Positions 37,911-49,825 are shown, numbered from the stretch's first letter. The stretch: 52,615 nt of DNA from a bacterium (GCA_018401295.1 JAGYLJ010000005.1:1-52615), one strand, 5' to 3'. The notes: generated from the sequence alone by a model not told the origin. Numbers and translations: made by a program.

Positions 37911-38945
37911 ATGATAAATAAAAAAAATGATTTTGATTTTGTTGCAATCGGTGACATTGTCATCGATGCGTTTATTAATCTAAAAGCCGCCCGAGTTCGT
38001 GACGAAAAAGGAAGGCCCGAACTCTGTCTAAGCTTTGCTGATAAGATCCCTTACAATTGGGTTGAAGTTGTGGCAGCCGTTGGAAACAGCGCTAACGCCA
38101 GTGTTTCCGCTAGTCGCCTAGGATTAAAATCAGCTCTAGTAGCTAATATCGGAGCTGATGATAATGGAAGAAAGTGCCAAGAAGTTTTAAGAAATGAAAA
38201 AGTCGCAACTGATTTTATTAAGATTCATCCTAACGAAAAAACCAATTACCACTTTGTTTTATTATACGAAGCTGATAGAACTATTTTAGTTAAACACGCT
38301 GAGTTTGATTATCAATTACCAGACATCAAAAAACCAAAATGGATTTATTTAAGTTCTCTAGCAGAGAACTCGCTTCCCTTTCATAATAAAATCACAGAGT
38401 ACCTAAAAGAAAACCCTGAAATAAAATTGTCATTCCAACCTGGGACTTTCCAGATGGAATTAGGTTACGAAAAGTTAAAAGATATTTACCAAGCTGCTGA
38501 AATATTTTTCTGCAACGTTCAAGAAGCAAAGAGAATTTTAGGAGAGATAAAACCAATGATTTTAAATGACTGTCTTAAGATTGATAAAAAGAAAACTATT
38601 ATCACACTGCTAAATGAAATGAACAAATTGGGACCAAAAATTGTAATTATTACAGATGGACCTGATGGAGCCTATGCTTTCAATGAAGGAAAAACTTTTT
38701 TCATTCCTATGTATCCAGACAAAAGACCTCCTATAGACCGTACAGGAGCTGGTGATGCCTTTTCATCTACAGTCACCAGTGCTCTTGCCTGTGGAAAAAA
38801 CTTAGAAGAAGCTCTTCTCTGGGGTCCAATTAATTCAATGTCCGTTGTCCAATATGTCGGTGCCCAAAAAGGGTTGCTCACTCTAGAAAAAATAGAAGAA
38901 TATCTAAAAAACGCCCCGGAAGAATATAAAGTCATTACAATCTAA
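37911..38945 (+). CDS. PfkB family carbohydrate kinase
   Basis: AIGD..ID, G.SANA.V..SRLGL, IITDGPDGA, IDRTGAGDAF. Confidence 0.92.
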   Translation: MINKKNDFDFVAIGDIVIDAFINLKAARVRDEKGRPELCLSFADKIPYNWVEVVAAVGNSANASVSASRLGLKSALVANIGADDNGRKCQEVLRNEKVATDFIKIHPNEKTNYHFVLLYEADRTILVKHAEFDYQLPDIKKPKWIYLSSLAENSLPFHNKITEYLKENPEIKLSFQPGTFQMELGYEKLKDIYQAAEIFFCNVQEAKRILGEIKPMILNDCLKIDKKKTIITLLNEMNKLGPKIVIITDGPDGAYAFNEGKTFFIPMYPDKRPPIDRTGAGDAFSSTVTSALACGKNLEEALLWGPINSMSVVQYVGAQKGLLTLEKIEEYLKNAPEEYKVITI

Positions 38946-39146
38946 AAAACAGCTACATATATAGCTGTTTTTTAGATTGTAAAATTTTATAATTTTTAAT
39001 TTTATAATTTTGTAAATAATTTTTAATGACTAAATTTTTAGCCCCGGCAACGAAAATTTACTTTGCAAATTTTCGTCGAGTTTAGAAATTAGAAATTTTG
39101 ATTTATTTAAAAATTACAAAATTAAAAATTAAAACCCTCATAGCTA

Positions 39147-40091
39147 TTACAAGTTAGAATTCAATAATTTATACACCACCTCTTTTATGGCACGACTATC
39201 TAATTCATAATGCCTCAGCAGTTCCTCTGCTTTGCCTGACTGACCGAATTGATTTTTGACTGCTACAAATTCAATTTGGATTGGGTGATTCTGAACAAGA
39301 AATTCAGCAACAGCTGAACCCATTCCCCCTGCCAGTTGGTGATCTTCAACGGTTACTAAAGCTTTAAACTTTTTAGCAAAATCTAAAATTAATTTTTCAT
39401 CCAGAGGTTTTATGATAGACAAATTAAGAACCGTTGTTTTAATCCCCTCTTTCTCAAGTTCCAAGGAAGCTTGTTGAGCTTGATAAACAAGATGCCCAGT
39501 CGCAATAATCCCCACCTGAAGAGAATTAGAAGCTAAGCTTCTAAATGGACTTAGAAGCTCGGCTTCTAAGTCTAGGTCTGGGGTCGGGAGACGAGATAGG
39601 CGTAGATAAACAGGACCTTCTATTTTCACGGCCTCTAACGTCATCTGTTTAGCCTCCTCAAAATCAGCTGGTGAAAAAACCGTCATTCTTGGAATAACTC
39701 TCATTAAGGCAATGTCTTCAAGCATTTGGTGGCTACCACCATCAGGACCAGTCACCACTCCAGCATGAGAACTAGCAATTTTTACATTGGTATTGTTATA
39801 AGCAATAGTTGTCCTAATCTGTTCCCAATTTCTCCCAGGAGAAAAAATAGCAAAAGAAGTCATAAAAGGGATCTTCCCCATGGCTGCCATGCCTGAAGCA
39901 ACGCTAGCTAGGTTTTGTTCAGCTACTCCTACCTGAATGAATCTTTCTGGAAATTTTTCTGCAAATAAATTAGTCCGAGTTGATTCAGTTAAGTCAGCTG
40001 ACAAGGCCACTACATTTTCATTTTGAATTCCAGCTTCTAATAAACCTTCACCAAAACCATCTCTGGTTGATCTTAATTCTCTTTTTGTCAT
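39147..40091 (-). CDS. transketolase C-terminal (pyrimidine-binding) subunit
   Basis: TRDGFGEGL, LSADL, PERF..GVAEQN, GPDGGSHQ.LEDIA, GPVYLR, IKPLD, TVEDH. Confidence 0.92.
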   Translation of the reverse strand: MTKRELRSTRDGFGEGLLEAGIQNENVVALSADLTESTRTNLFAEKFPERFIQVGVAEQNLASVASGMAAMGKIPFMTSFAIFSPGRNWEQIRTTIAYNNTNVKIASSHAGVVTGPDGGSHQMLEDIALMRVIPRMTVFSPADFEEAKQMTLEAVKIEGPVYLRLSRLPTPDLDLEAELLSPFRSLASNSLQVGIIATGHLVYQAQQASLELEKEGIKTTVLNLSIIKPLDEKLILDFAKKFKALVTVEDHQLAGGMGSAVAEFLVQNHPIQIEFVAVKNQFGQSGKAEELLRHYELDSRAIKEVVYKLLNSNL

Positions 40092-40178
40092 AAACAGATT
40101 ATATAACACAAAAAATAATTTGGAAATAAAAAAAGGGAGCCACAAGGACTCCCTTTGAACAGTCTGTTGTTTGAAAGA

Positions 40179-40391
40179 TCAAACAGCTGCTCGCCTCTTT
40201 GCAGAGGCCAAAACTTTTTCTTGAAGAATTTCAGTGGACGTTTTTTCTTTTTCAACTTCAATCCCAGCTTTTTTATATTCCGCACGCTTCAGACACTTCC
40301 TGATCGGAAAGTTATCTACCGAAAAGTAAATCCTTACTCCTATCCTATCAGCCTGCTCATTTGCCCTTCTTACCAATTCGCTTTTTTCCAA
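40179..40391 (-). CDS. orphan small basic protein (70 aa, TTG start)
   Basis: GAAAGGAG upstream of TTG; AAGGGAG..CTCCCTT terminator at about 40131-40156. Confidence 0.45.
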   Translation of the reverse strand: MEKSELVRRANEQADRIGVRIYFSVDNFPIRKCLKRAEYKKAGIEVEKEKTSTEILQEKVLASAKRRAAV

Positions 40392-40458
40392 ATTATTTTT
40401 TCTCCTTTCTACTTTTAATAAAATTAAAAACAAAAAAACCGCCCAACCGTTTCCTCCT

Positions 40459-40602
40459 CTACTTTCGCAACTTCTCGAAATCAGGACAAGATTCTGTCTC
40501 TGGAGAAGAAACCGGTTCATCTCTTTTCTGGCACCAAGGGACAAAACAAGGTCCCATAAACTTTTCCCCCCGAAATTGACAATTCTGACAATTTTCTTCC
40601 AT
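40459..40602 (-). CDS. orphan 47-aa Cys-rich protein (MEENCQNCQFRGEKFMGPCFVPWCQKRDEPVSSPETESCPDFEKLRK)
   Basis: Manual translation, below ORF-track cutoff; AAAGGGG SD; CxxC plus three more Cys. Confidence 0.55.
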   Translation of the reverse strand: MEENCQNCQFRGEKFMGPCFVPWCQKRDEPVSSPETESCPDFEKLRK

Positions 40603-40758
40603 GATTTTCCCCTTTTTTTATATTTATTTACAAGAACACTCTAATTAACATGATAACACATTTCTTAAAAAAGATAAAGAGGAGCTAGTCGTTGACTCAC
40701 TCCTCTCTCTTTTCTTATTGTTTGCAATACTTTTCAGTACTCAGACTACTGAAAAATT

Positions 40759-41538
40759 TTAATCTTTTATTTCAAGACTAACAGGACAATGATCAGAACC
40801 CATTATTTCATCATGAATTTGAGTTGATTTTATTTTATCTAAAAATCTCTTAGCTACAATAAAATAATCAATCCGCCAACCAATGTTCCTTTCCCTAGCC
40901 ATAGCCCGATATGTCCACCAAGTATATTGTTTTTTATCTGGATTCTCTTTACGGAAAATATCTACAAAATCTTTCTTCAAAAAAGCATGAATCCATTTTC
41001 TTTCCTCTTTAGTAAAACCAGCGTGTCCTTTATTATTTTCTGGCCGAGCCAAATCAATTTCATCATGGGCAACATTAAAATCCCCCCCTAAAATAACTGG
41101 TTTCTTTTTATTTAATTTTTCTACATACTTTTCCAAAGCTAAATCAAATTCTATCTTATAATCCAGTCTAGTTAATTCACGATTAGCATTAGGGAAATAA
41201 ATATTTAACAAATAAAAATCAGTAAATTCTAAAGTTTGTACTCTTCCCTCTTTATCGAATTTTTCAACCCCAATTCCATTTATAACTCTAGGAGATTGTA
41301 TCCCTTTAAACCTAATAAGAGCGAGAGTTCCGCTATATCCAGGCCTTTCAGCCGAATTCCAGAAAGCCTGATAACCCATCACCTCAAAATCAATATTCTT
41401 TGTTTGACGAGCCTCTTCTGTAATCTTAACTTCCTGCATTAATAAAACATCAGGACTTTCTTGTTCCAAAAAATTCTTAAATTCAGGCTTTTTTAACACA
41501 GCCCTAATACCATTAATATTCCACGAATATATTTTCAT
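40759..41538 (-). CDS. xth: exodeoxyribonuclease III / AP endonuclease
   Basis: MKIYSWNINGIRA, QEVK, GYSG, EGR, YFPN, GDFNVAH, YTWW.YR, GWRIDY, GSDHCPV. Confidence 0.95.
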   Translation of the reverse strand: MKIYSWNINGIRAVLKKPEFKNFLEQESPDVLLMQEVKITEEARQTKNIDFEVMGYQAFWNSAERPGYSGTLALIRFKGIQSPRVINGIGVEKFDKEGRVQTLEFTDFYLLNIYFPNANRELTRLDYKIEFDLALEKYVEKLNKKKPVILGGDFNVAHDEIDLARPENNKGHAGFTKEERKWIHAFLKKDFVDIFRKENPDKKQYTWWTYRAMARERNIGWRIDYFIVAKRFLDKIKSTQIHDEIMGSDHCPVSLEIKD

Positions 41539-41752
41539 CCATGGATTATAACACAAAAAAGCAGAATATTATATATCCTGCTTTTTTTGAAACTTTTTCT
41601 TTTGTTTCGTTCCTCGGGCGACCATTTTAATGGTTTAGCCCAATGATCTCAACTTAAGGTTCCGAGATCAACACCCTTTTGCATTAGATGCAAAAATCAA
41701 CCGATTAAGCTTCTTTAATTTGCCTTGTGAACAAAATAAATAAGCATGTTCA

Positions 41753-43246
<1,494 letters not shown>

Positions 43247-43495
43247 AAATTGTAAACAATTTTTGTTAGCAAAATTTGTAAAAAACAAATTTGCTCTTAG
43301 TATAGAGAAACGAAACAAAAGAAAAAGTTCCATATCTACCAGATAACCAATCTTGATTATTTGGTGATTTTTTTAATTTGATCCTGCTACTAAAATCATC
43401 AAAGGTTGTTTTTTTGTCTAAAAATTCGCACAAATTTTTAGACGACAACAATGTTTAGAATATCATAATTAAACAATATTCTATGGATTATTTCA

Positions 43496-43520
43496 TTTTT
43501 AAAGAACGTGTATCATTATA
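43496..43520 (-). promoter_or_regulatory. rRNA promoter -10 and boxA-like antitermination site
   Basis: Minus strand TATAAT-GATACA-CGTTCTTTAAAAA about 250 bp upstream of 16S. Confidence 0.6.
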
Positions 43521-43732
43521 ACTAAAATTAAAAGAAAAGCAAATAAATCTCATTAGAATATAGAAAATAAAAAATTCCTATATTTTCTAACAGGATGAAA
43601 CAAGGCGAGCGCTTCGCGTTCGCCTCTATGTGTAAAATAAAACATTACCACTTAAAAGACCCCCAAAGCATATATTGAGGAATATTTTTTCAAAGTTGAC
43701 AAAGAAATATACCAACTTTTAAAGTTCTAAAT

Positions 43733-44662
43733 TTATTTCCTTTTTTGAAAAAGAGTTAACAAAGGCGAAGCCAAGAAAATTGAAGAATATGTTCCAAATA
43801 TAACTCCGATAGATAATACTAACGCAAATTGTTTAGTTGCTTCTCCCCCCCAAAAATACAAAGTTAATAAAACTATCAAAGTCGTCAAAGATGTATTAAT
43901 TGAACGAGCAATTGTTTGCTTCAAACTTTTACCAACAATTTCATCGAAATCCTCTTTTTTGGATAGTCCTAAGTTTTCTCTAATCCTATCAAACACCACA
44001 ATAGTATCATTAACTGAAAAACCAAGAATCGCCAAGAGAGCCATAACAAACACTGTATCAATTTGATAGTTTATAAAATAATGGCCTAATAAAGCAAAGA
44101 TACCCGTAGGAATTAAAATATCGTGAACCAAAGCGACAATGGCAGCAAAACCATATTTCCAAGAGGATACTTTGTTATTTGAATTAGCCACTTCTGCTAC
44201 CTTACGAAAAGCAAAGGCTACAAACAAGATAATTGCCAATACCACTATCAGAATCGCCCAAATAGCTTTTCCTCTTAATTCTTTACCAATAACTGGACCA
44301 ATAGAATTATATCTTTTTTCTTCAATTTGATATTGACCCTCCTGACTAATTGTAGAAATTATCAATTCCCTCTCCACCTCTGTTAAATCTCTCGTTCTTA
44401 GAATGACTCCCTCCACTTTATCCTGATCTTCCCCAAAAGCAGTTTCCTGAACTGTAAAATTACCTAAATTAAGAACTTGAAGATTTGTCTTTAATTCTTC
44501 TATAGAAGGATGTTCAACATCAGAATAAGCGACTTCCAAAATAGAACCGCCTTTGAAATCAATTCCAAAATTTAAACCGAAGACTGAAATTATAAAGATA
44601 GAAGAAGCCACCAAAAGACCGGAAAAGATAAAAAATATTTTTTTGTGATTAATAACGAACAT
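43733..44662 (-). CDS. secF: protein translocase subunit SecF
   Basis: LNFGIDFKGG, IGPVIGKEL, ALVHD, GFSVNDTIVVFDRIREN, RSINTS, GTYSSIFLA. Confidence 0.96.
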   Translation of the reverse strand: MFVINHKKIFFIFSGLLVASSIFIISVFGLNFGIDFKGGSILEVAYSDVEHPSIEELKTNLQVLNLGNFTVQETAFGEDQDKVEGVILRTRDLTEVERELIISTISQEGQYQIEEKRYNSIGPVIGKELRGKAIWAILIVVLAIILFVAFAFRKVAEVANSNNKVSSWKYGFAAIVALVHDILIPTGIFALLGHYFINYQIDTVFVMALLAILGFSVNDTIVVFDRIRENLGLSKKEDFDEIVGKSLKQTIARSINTSLTTLIVLLTLYFWGGEATKQFALVLSIGVIFGTYSSIFLASPLLTLFQKRK

Positions 44663-44666
44663 ATAA

Positions 44667-46025
44667 TTAATTTTTAAACGACTCATTTTCTCCACTTACT
44701 AAACCAGAACTAAACAAAAATCTCTTAAACGAGCTATCTTGTTTAGGGCTAATCGCCAAAAGAAAAGAACGTGTAACAGTAATAGCAGTAAACATACTGA
44801 CAAGAACACCCAGACCAAAGGTTAGGGCAAAACCTTCTACTAAAGAAGTTCCAAACCAAAATAAAATGACAGCAGTAATGATACTAGAGATATTACTATC
44901 ACGGATACTCAACCAAGCCCTCGAAAAACCTTCTCGAACAGCCGAATCAATATCCCTACCACTTTTCAATTCTTCCTTTAATCTTTCAAAGATAAGAACA
45001 TTAGTATCAACGGCCATCCCAATAGATAGAATAAAACCAGCAATACCAGCTGAAGTTAGTGTCACAGGAATTAATTTAAAAACAGCTAGCACCAAAGAAA
45101 TATAAATCAACAAAGACACTGCAGCTAATAAGCCTGGTAATCGATACCAAACAATCAAAAAAATCATTACTGCTAAAATTCCATAAAGGGCAACCCAGAT
45201 CCCTTTATTCAAAGTTTCTGAACCAATAGAAGCACCAACTGACTGTGTTGAAATTAATTCAATCGGCAAAGGCAAAGCTCCATAATTGATATCTCTAACT
45301 AAAGTTTTAGCCTCCTGAGGTGTAAAACTACCGCTAATTTGGGCTTTTCCATCTCGGATTGCTTCCCTAATAACCGGAGTAGAAATTATCTGATTGTCTA
45401 AAAAGATTGCCAAAATTTGACCAACATTTTCACTTGTCACCTTAGCAAATAAATCTTTACCTTCACTATTAAAAGATAACGAAACAGTTGGTTCTCCGGA
45501 AGTTGAGTCAAATTGAAGTTGAGCCCTTTCAATAACACGTCCGGAAATACCTGTCTCAATAAAAACAAAAGTTGGTTCTTGTGCAACAGTGCTTGTGCCT
45601 TGTTCTAATGATATATCTAAATCTTCAGCTGGAACTTCTTGAGCTAACTTAAATTCTAAAAGAGGGGTTTGACCAATCATCTGAACAGCTTGACTAATAT
45701 CAGTCACTCCAGGCAACTCTACAATCAGACGATGTTCTTTCTTTCCTCCTTCAAGAGAGGAACCCTCTTCGGTTTGAACAAGAGGTTCCGACACCCCAAA
45801 AAGATTAGTTCTTTTTTCAATGACATCTCTCAAGGCTGACATAGAATCCGTTATTTCTGAAGATTCAATTTGAGAAATATCAGCTCTATAAACAAGGTGG
45901 GTTCCTCCCGCTATGTCTAACCCAAATCTATAAGGAAATTTAGTATCTTCCACATGAATAACAAAATAGCCGACTAAAATACTGGCGACTAAAAGGGAAA
46001 TAGCAATTAAACGATTTTTTAACAT
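44667..46025 (-). CDS. secD: protein translocase subunit SecD
   Basis: GLDIAGG, GVSEP, IVELPG, GALP, LT.AGIAG.ILSIGMAVD.NVLIFER.KEE, IRDSN. Confidence 0.96.
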   Translation of the reverse strand: MLKNRLIAISLLVASILVGYFVIHVEDTKFPYRFGLDIAGGTHLVYRADISQIESSEITDSMSALRDVIEKRTNLFGVSEPLVQTEEGSSLEGGKKEHRLIVELPGVTDISQAVQMIGQTPLLEFKLAQEVPAEDLDISLEQGTSTVAQEPTFVFIETGISGRVIERAQLQFDSTSGEPTVSLSFNSEGKDLFAKVTSENVGQILAIFLDNQIISTPVIREAIRDGKAQISGSFTPQEAKTLVRDINYGALPLPIELISTQSVGASIGSETLNKGIWVALYGILAVMIFLIVWYRLPGLLAAVSLLIYISLVLAVFKLIPVTLTSAGIAGFILSIGMAVDTNVLIFERLKEELKSGRDIDSAVREGFSRAWLSIRDSNISSIITAVILFWFGTSLVEGFALTFGLGVLVSMFTAITVTRSFLLAISPKQDSSFKRFLFSSGLVSGENESFKN

Positions 46026-46135
46026 AATATAATAATGAGATATTACCACCAGAAAAATAAAAAAACAAGAACTCCATTCAATTTAATCCCCTTCTTCTAA
46101 AAAAAAAATAAAGAAAATATGTTAAAATATTTTAA

Positions 46136-47326
46136 ATGAATGTCATATCTAAAAATAAATATCTTGATCATAAAATTTCCAAAGGTTTTAAAGCCCTCTA
46201 CAAAAGTCGGCTTATAATCTATGTCGCCACAGGTTTATTAGGTTTGTATACCCCAATTTTCTTATTTGATATTTTTGGTCAAAATTTAAGAAGTGTTGCA
46301 TGGTTTTACCTTATTGGAAATGTTACCTATGGTTTATCAGTAATGTATGGTGCAAAGTTTCTAAACAAATTCGGTTTTAGAAAATCTCTTCAAACAGCAG
46401 CCTTTGTGGGAGCGCTTTATTTTTCTTTTTTTTATTTTTTAAATGAAAATAATATAAAATTATTGATACCATTAATAATCTTTACCCTCTTAATTTACCG
46501 TCTTCTTTATTGGATACCTTACAATGTTGACTTTGCTAAGTTTACCAATAAGAAAAGTCGAGGAAGAGAGATTAGCTTGATAGGGGCTAGCAGTAATATT
46601 GTTGCTATTTTTACCCCTTTAATTGCTGGTTTTATAATCACTAAATTTTCTTTTCAAGTTCTCTTTATTACTGCGGTTCTCCTATATGTCGTATCTGTTA
46701 TCCCCTTATTTAAAATACCCAGAACATACGAAAAATTTACATGGACAATTAAAAAAACCTGGCAAAATTTTTTTTCTAAAAAAAGAAGACCCGAGGTTTT
46801 AGCTTTTATGGCAGACGGAGCAGAAAGTTCAATCGGAACAATCGTCTGGCCAATTTTCATGTTTCAAATCTTAAATGGAGACTATTTAAAACTTGGAGTA
46901 ATTTCAACCATAATTGTCGCGGTAACTATCATTTTACAGCTACTCGTTGGTAAATATAGTGATAAAAATAAAAACCGCCAGAAACTTTTACGTTTCGGTA
47001 GTACTTTTTACGCGATAGGTTGGATTATCAAAATATTCATTGCAACAGCCTTTCAAATATTTATTATTGACTCCTATCAAAAATTGATGAAAATATTTAT
47101 GCGGATACCTTTTGATGCTATGACCTACGAAAAAGCAGCTGATGAAGGTCATTATGTAGATGAATTTACTGTCATCAGAGAAATGGCAATTAATGCTGGG
47201 AGGGCTTTAATGCTAGTCTTTGTAATCTTATTTTCCTTTTTTGTTGGAATCCAAATAACCTTTATTTTAGGGGCAATAGCATCAATGCTTCTTAATCTTT
47301 TAAGAGTAAAAGAAACTGTTAAGTAA
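46136..47326 (+). CDS. MFS transporter
   Basis: About 12 hydrophobic segments; G.....KFG.RK and GKYSDK..R loop motifs. Confidence 0.8.
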   Translation: MNVISKNKYLDHKISKGFKALYKSRLIIYVATGLLGLYTPIFLFDIFGQNLRSVAWFYLIGNVTYGLSVMYGAKFLNKFGFRKSLQTAAFVGALYFSFFYFLNENNIKLLIPLIIFTLLIYRLLYWIPYNVDFAKFTNKKSRGREISLIGASSNIVAIFTPLIAGFIITKFSFQVLFITAVLLYVVSVIPLFKIPRTYEKFTWTIKKTWQNFFSKKRRPEVLAFMADGAESSIGTIVWPIFMFQILNGDYLKLGVISTIIVAVTIILQLLVGKYSDKNKNRQKLLRFGSTFYAIGWIIKIFIATAFQIFIIDSYQKLMKIFMRIPFDAMTYEKAADEGHYVDEFTVIREMAINAGRALMLVFVILFSFFVGIQITFILGAIASMLLNLLRVKETVK

Positions 47327-47338
47327 TTATTATTTAAA

Positions 47339-48328
47339 TTAATATCTTCTACGGAAACCTTTCCTTACTATTTTCCACATAAAATATAATAAAACTAAAA
47401 TTGAACCTAATAAAATCCACCAACTATTGAATATATAAATTAATATGGCAAGAACAAAACTATAAACCTCTTTTAACTCTGGAATACTTCCAAGGATAGA
47501 AGCAACATAGGGGTTTCTGTTTTCATCTATTTCTGGAACACCCTTTAAAGTTTCTTCCTTTTTTGATTGAGCTAATTCCTCATCAACCTTATCCTTCTGT
47601 TTTTCTAAAAAATCCTTAGTATTCCCTACAGTTTCTATGGTTTTTTCTTTAGCTATATTAGCCAATTCCTTACTTTTTCCTACAACATTTTCAATAAAAG
47701 TATTATCTTCCGTGTCTTTATTCCCATTCGTCTCTAACTTTTTTTCTGATGTCTGAGATTCTGTGACTTTTTCCACAACGACTGGTTTATCAAAGATAAG
47801 AGGATTGGTCCCATTTTTTTCTTCCTCTTTATCAGTAAGACCATCATCGTCATCATCTAAATCGTCTTTGTTCCCTAAACCATCACCATCTGTATCTAAA
47901 TCAACCTCGTAGGTCTCAGTTATAGAGGTGCGTGCCTCTAGATTAATAACTTCTGGTTCTTTCCCAATTTCAATCTTTTTTGTATTTGAAATTTCAACAG
48001 AGACATTATGTTTACCATAGGTTGTTTTCCAATCTGCCCACTTTTCTATTAACCTTCCATTAACGATAGAAAAATCTGATTGCCCTAGTAAGGAATCATT
48101 ACTAAAAAATTTAACCGTGCCTGTGATATCAAAACCAGATTGATTTTGAATAACAGTATAAATACGAATTTCTTCTCCTGCAAAAAAAGGTGTTTTAGAA
48201 TACCAAAGCCCATTTACAAAACCAGCATTAAAGCCCGCTTGAGCAACAGAACCCATTAACCCCCAAAATAAAATTGTTAATAGAAAAACTTTTGACGATG
48301 TTTTCATTTGTACCATATTATACAACAA
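47339..48328 (-). CDS. surface protein with Ig-like domain, Ca-binding TSP3-like repeat and C-terminal TM anchor
   Basis: Signal peptide; DTDGDGLGNKDDLDDDDDGLTDKEE..GTNP; C-terminal TM followed by basic tail. Confidence 0.75.
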   Translation of the reverse strand: MLYNMVQMKTSSKVFLLTILFWGLMGSVAQAGFNAGFVNGLWYSKTPFFAGEEIRIYTVIQNQSGFDITGTVKFFSNDSLLGQSDFSIVNGRLIEKWADWKTTYGKHNVSVEISNTKKIEIGKEPEVINLEARTSITETYEVDLDTDGDGLGNKDDLDDDDDGLTDKEEEKNGTNPLIFDKPVVVEKVTESQTSEKKLETNGNKDTEDNTFIENVVGKSKELANIAKEKTIETVGNTKDFLEKQKDKVDEELAQSKKEETLKGVPEIDENRNPYVASILGSIPELKEVYSFVLAILIYIFNSWWILLGSILVLLYFMWKIVRKGFRRRY

Positions 48329-48407
48329 TTATTTTTAATAAAAAAATCCAATTCAAAATTAACCTATAATTTACTTATAGCACTCGGAAGTTGGACCTCC
48401 AAGTTGA

Positions 48408-49325
48408 TTATTTTAAAAAAACAGAAACTATGTCTCTAATTTTCTTAACATCCGATAATTCAAACCACTGAATTCTTTCATCTCTTTTAAACCAAGTCAT
48501 TTGCCGTTTTGCGTACCTTTGTTCTGATTTAATTGATTCTTCTATAAATTCTTCTTTTTTGATTTTATTTTGTAGATACAAAACTAAATATTTATGAGCC
48601 AAACCAATTTCAGAAAATCTTTCGTAAGTTAATCCTTTTTTGTGTAATTCTTTTGCCTCTCCCACAATCCCTTGTTTTACTCTTATCAAAAATCTCTTTG
48701 CAATTCTATCTTTTAAAATATCTCTGTCTGTCTTTATCCCAATCTGCAAAACATCCCATTTGGTAATCCGATTACCAAATGACACGGATTTGGTAATCGG
48801 ATTACCAAATAAAAATGATTGAGCAACTTCAATGGCGCGGATAAGGCGACGAGGATTATTTGCATCAATTGTATTTGCTTTTTCTGGATCCAGTTTCTGC
48901 AATATCGCAAATAGCTCACTTGGAAACCGAGTTTCCAAGTGAGCACGGAGTTCTAGATCGGGCTTAACTTCAGGAAAGATTGTACCATCCACGATAGACT
49001 GAATATAAAAACCCGTGCCTCCGCAAATAATCGGCAACTTCCCTCTTTCCAAAATATCTTCAATTTTTTCTTTAGCTAATTTTTGAAAATCTAAAACTGT
49101 AAAAGTCTCCTGTGGATTAATCACATCTAAAAGATAATGCGGGACTCCTTGCATCTCATCTGGAGTAATTTTCCCAGAACCAATATCAAGCCCTTTATAA
49201 ACTTGCCTTGAATCAGCTGAGATGACTTCCCCATTAAATTGTTTAGCCAAACTAACAGCCAAATCACTTTTGCCTGAGGCAGTCGGACCGAGGATAACTA
49301 AAATTTTGTTTTTATTCTTTTGCAT
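48408..49325 (-). CDS. miaA: tRNA dimethylallyltransferase
   Basis: ILGPTASGKS, ISADSRQVY.GLDIGSGK, GGTGFY, NPRRLIRAIE, YAKRQMTWF. Confidence 0.96.
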   Translation of the reverse strand: MQKNKNKILVILGPTASGKSDLAVSLAKQFNGEVISADSRQVYKGLDIGSGKITPDEMQGVPHYLLDVINPQETFTVLDFQKLAKEKIEDILERGKLPIICGGTGFYIQSIVDGTIFPEVKPDLELRAHLETRFPSELFAILQKLDPEKANTIDANNPRRLIRAIEVAQSFLFGNPITKSVSFGNRITKWDVLQIGIKTDRDILKDRIAKRFLIRVKQGIVGEAKELHKKGLTYERFSEIGLAHKYLVLYLQNKIKKEEFIEESIKSEQRYAKRQMTWFKRDERIQWFELSDVKKIRDIVSVFLK

Positions 49326-49412
49326 AGATAAAAAGTAGCATAACTTTTATTAAAATAAAAAGCACTTCCAAAAAGACAGGGAGTGCTTTGTTCGTCAGAG
49401 GATCCTCTCAAA

Positions 49413-49712
49413 TCAGGAGTAAATTATGAGAAGATATGTACCTTTACAGCATTTAACGTCAGAGATCTGCCCTATCAAGTTTTCTTGGCCCATCCTTACT
49501 GCCGAAAGAGCTGCCTGACAAAACGAGTCAACAGATTTTATGTCATAATTAGACGATATGATAATTTGTCCAATACCCCCCGAAGGTAAAGCTCTAACAA
49601 ATGACACAACCTCTGCCAATGCTTCAAAAAATTCATGTTTTGTCACATCTCCGCTTTCCAAATAGGCAGCACGAATTAATGGCTTTCTTACCTCAAGCAA
49701 TTGTTTTAACAC
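49413..49712 (-). CDS. orphan hypothetical protein with strong SD
   Basis: GTG 7 nt after AGGAGG; GTGCTT..AAGCAC hairpin downstream; start uncertain. Confidence 0.5.
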   Translation of the reverse strand: MLKQLLEVRKPLIRAAYLESGDVTKHEFFEALAEVVSFVRALPSGGIGQIIISSNYDIKSVDSFCQAALSAVRMGQENLIGQISDVKCCKGTYLLIIYS

Positions 49713-49825
49713 CCCCTTTCCTCCTCTCAAGATTAAAATGAACAAAAAACCCAAAATCAATATAAAAGAAAAAATAAATTAAATCAAGGATTTTGTTTGA
49801 CAAAATACAATAAGGTAATAGAATT

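Noticed and set aside
40179-40544. 121-aa ORF as given in the track
   Set aside because: Its 5' part overlaps a better Cys-rich ORF and a hairpin; an SD supports an internal TTG start at 40391
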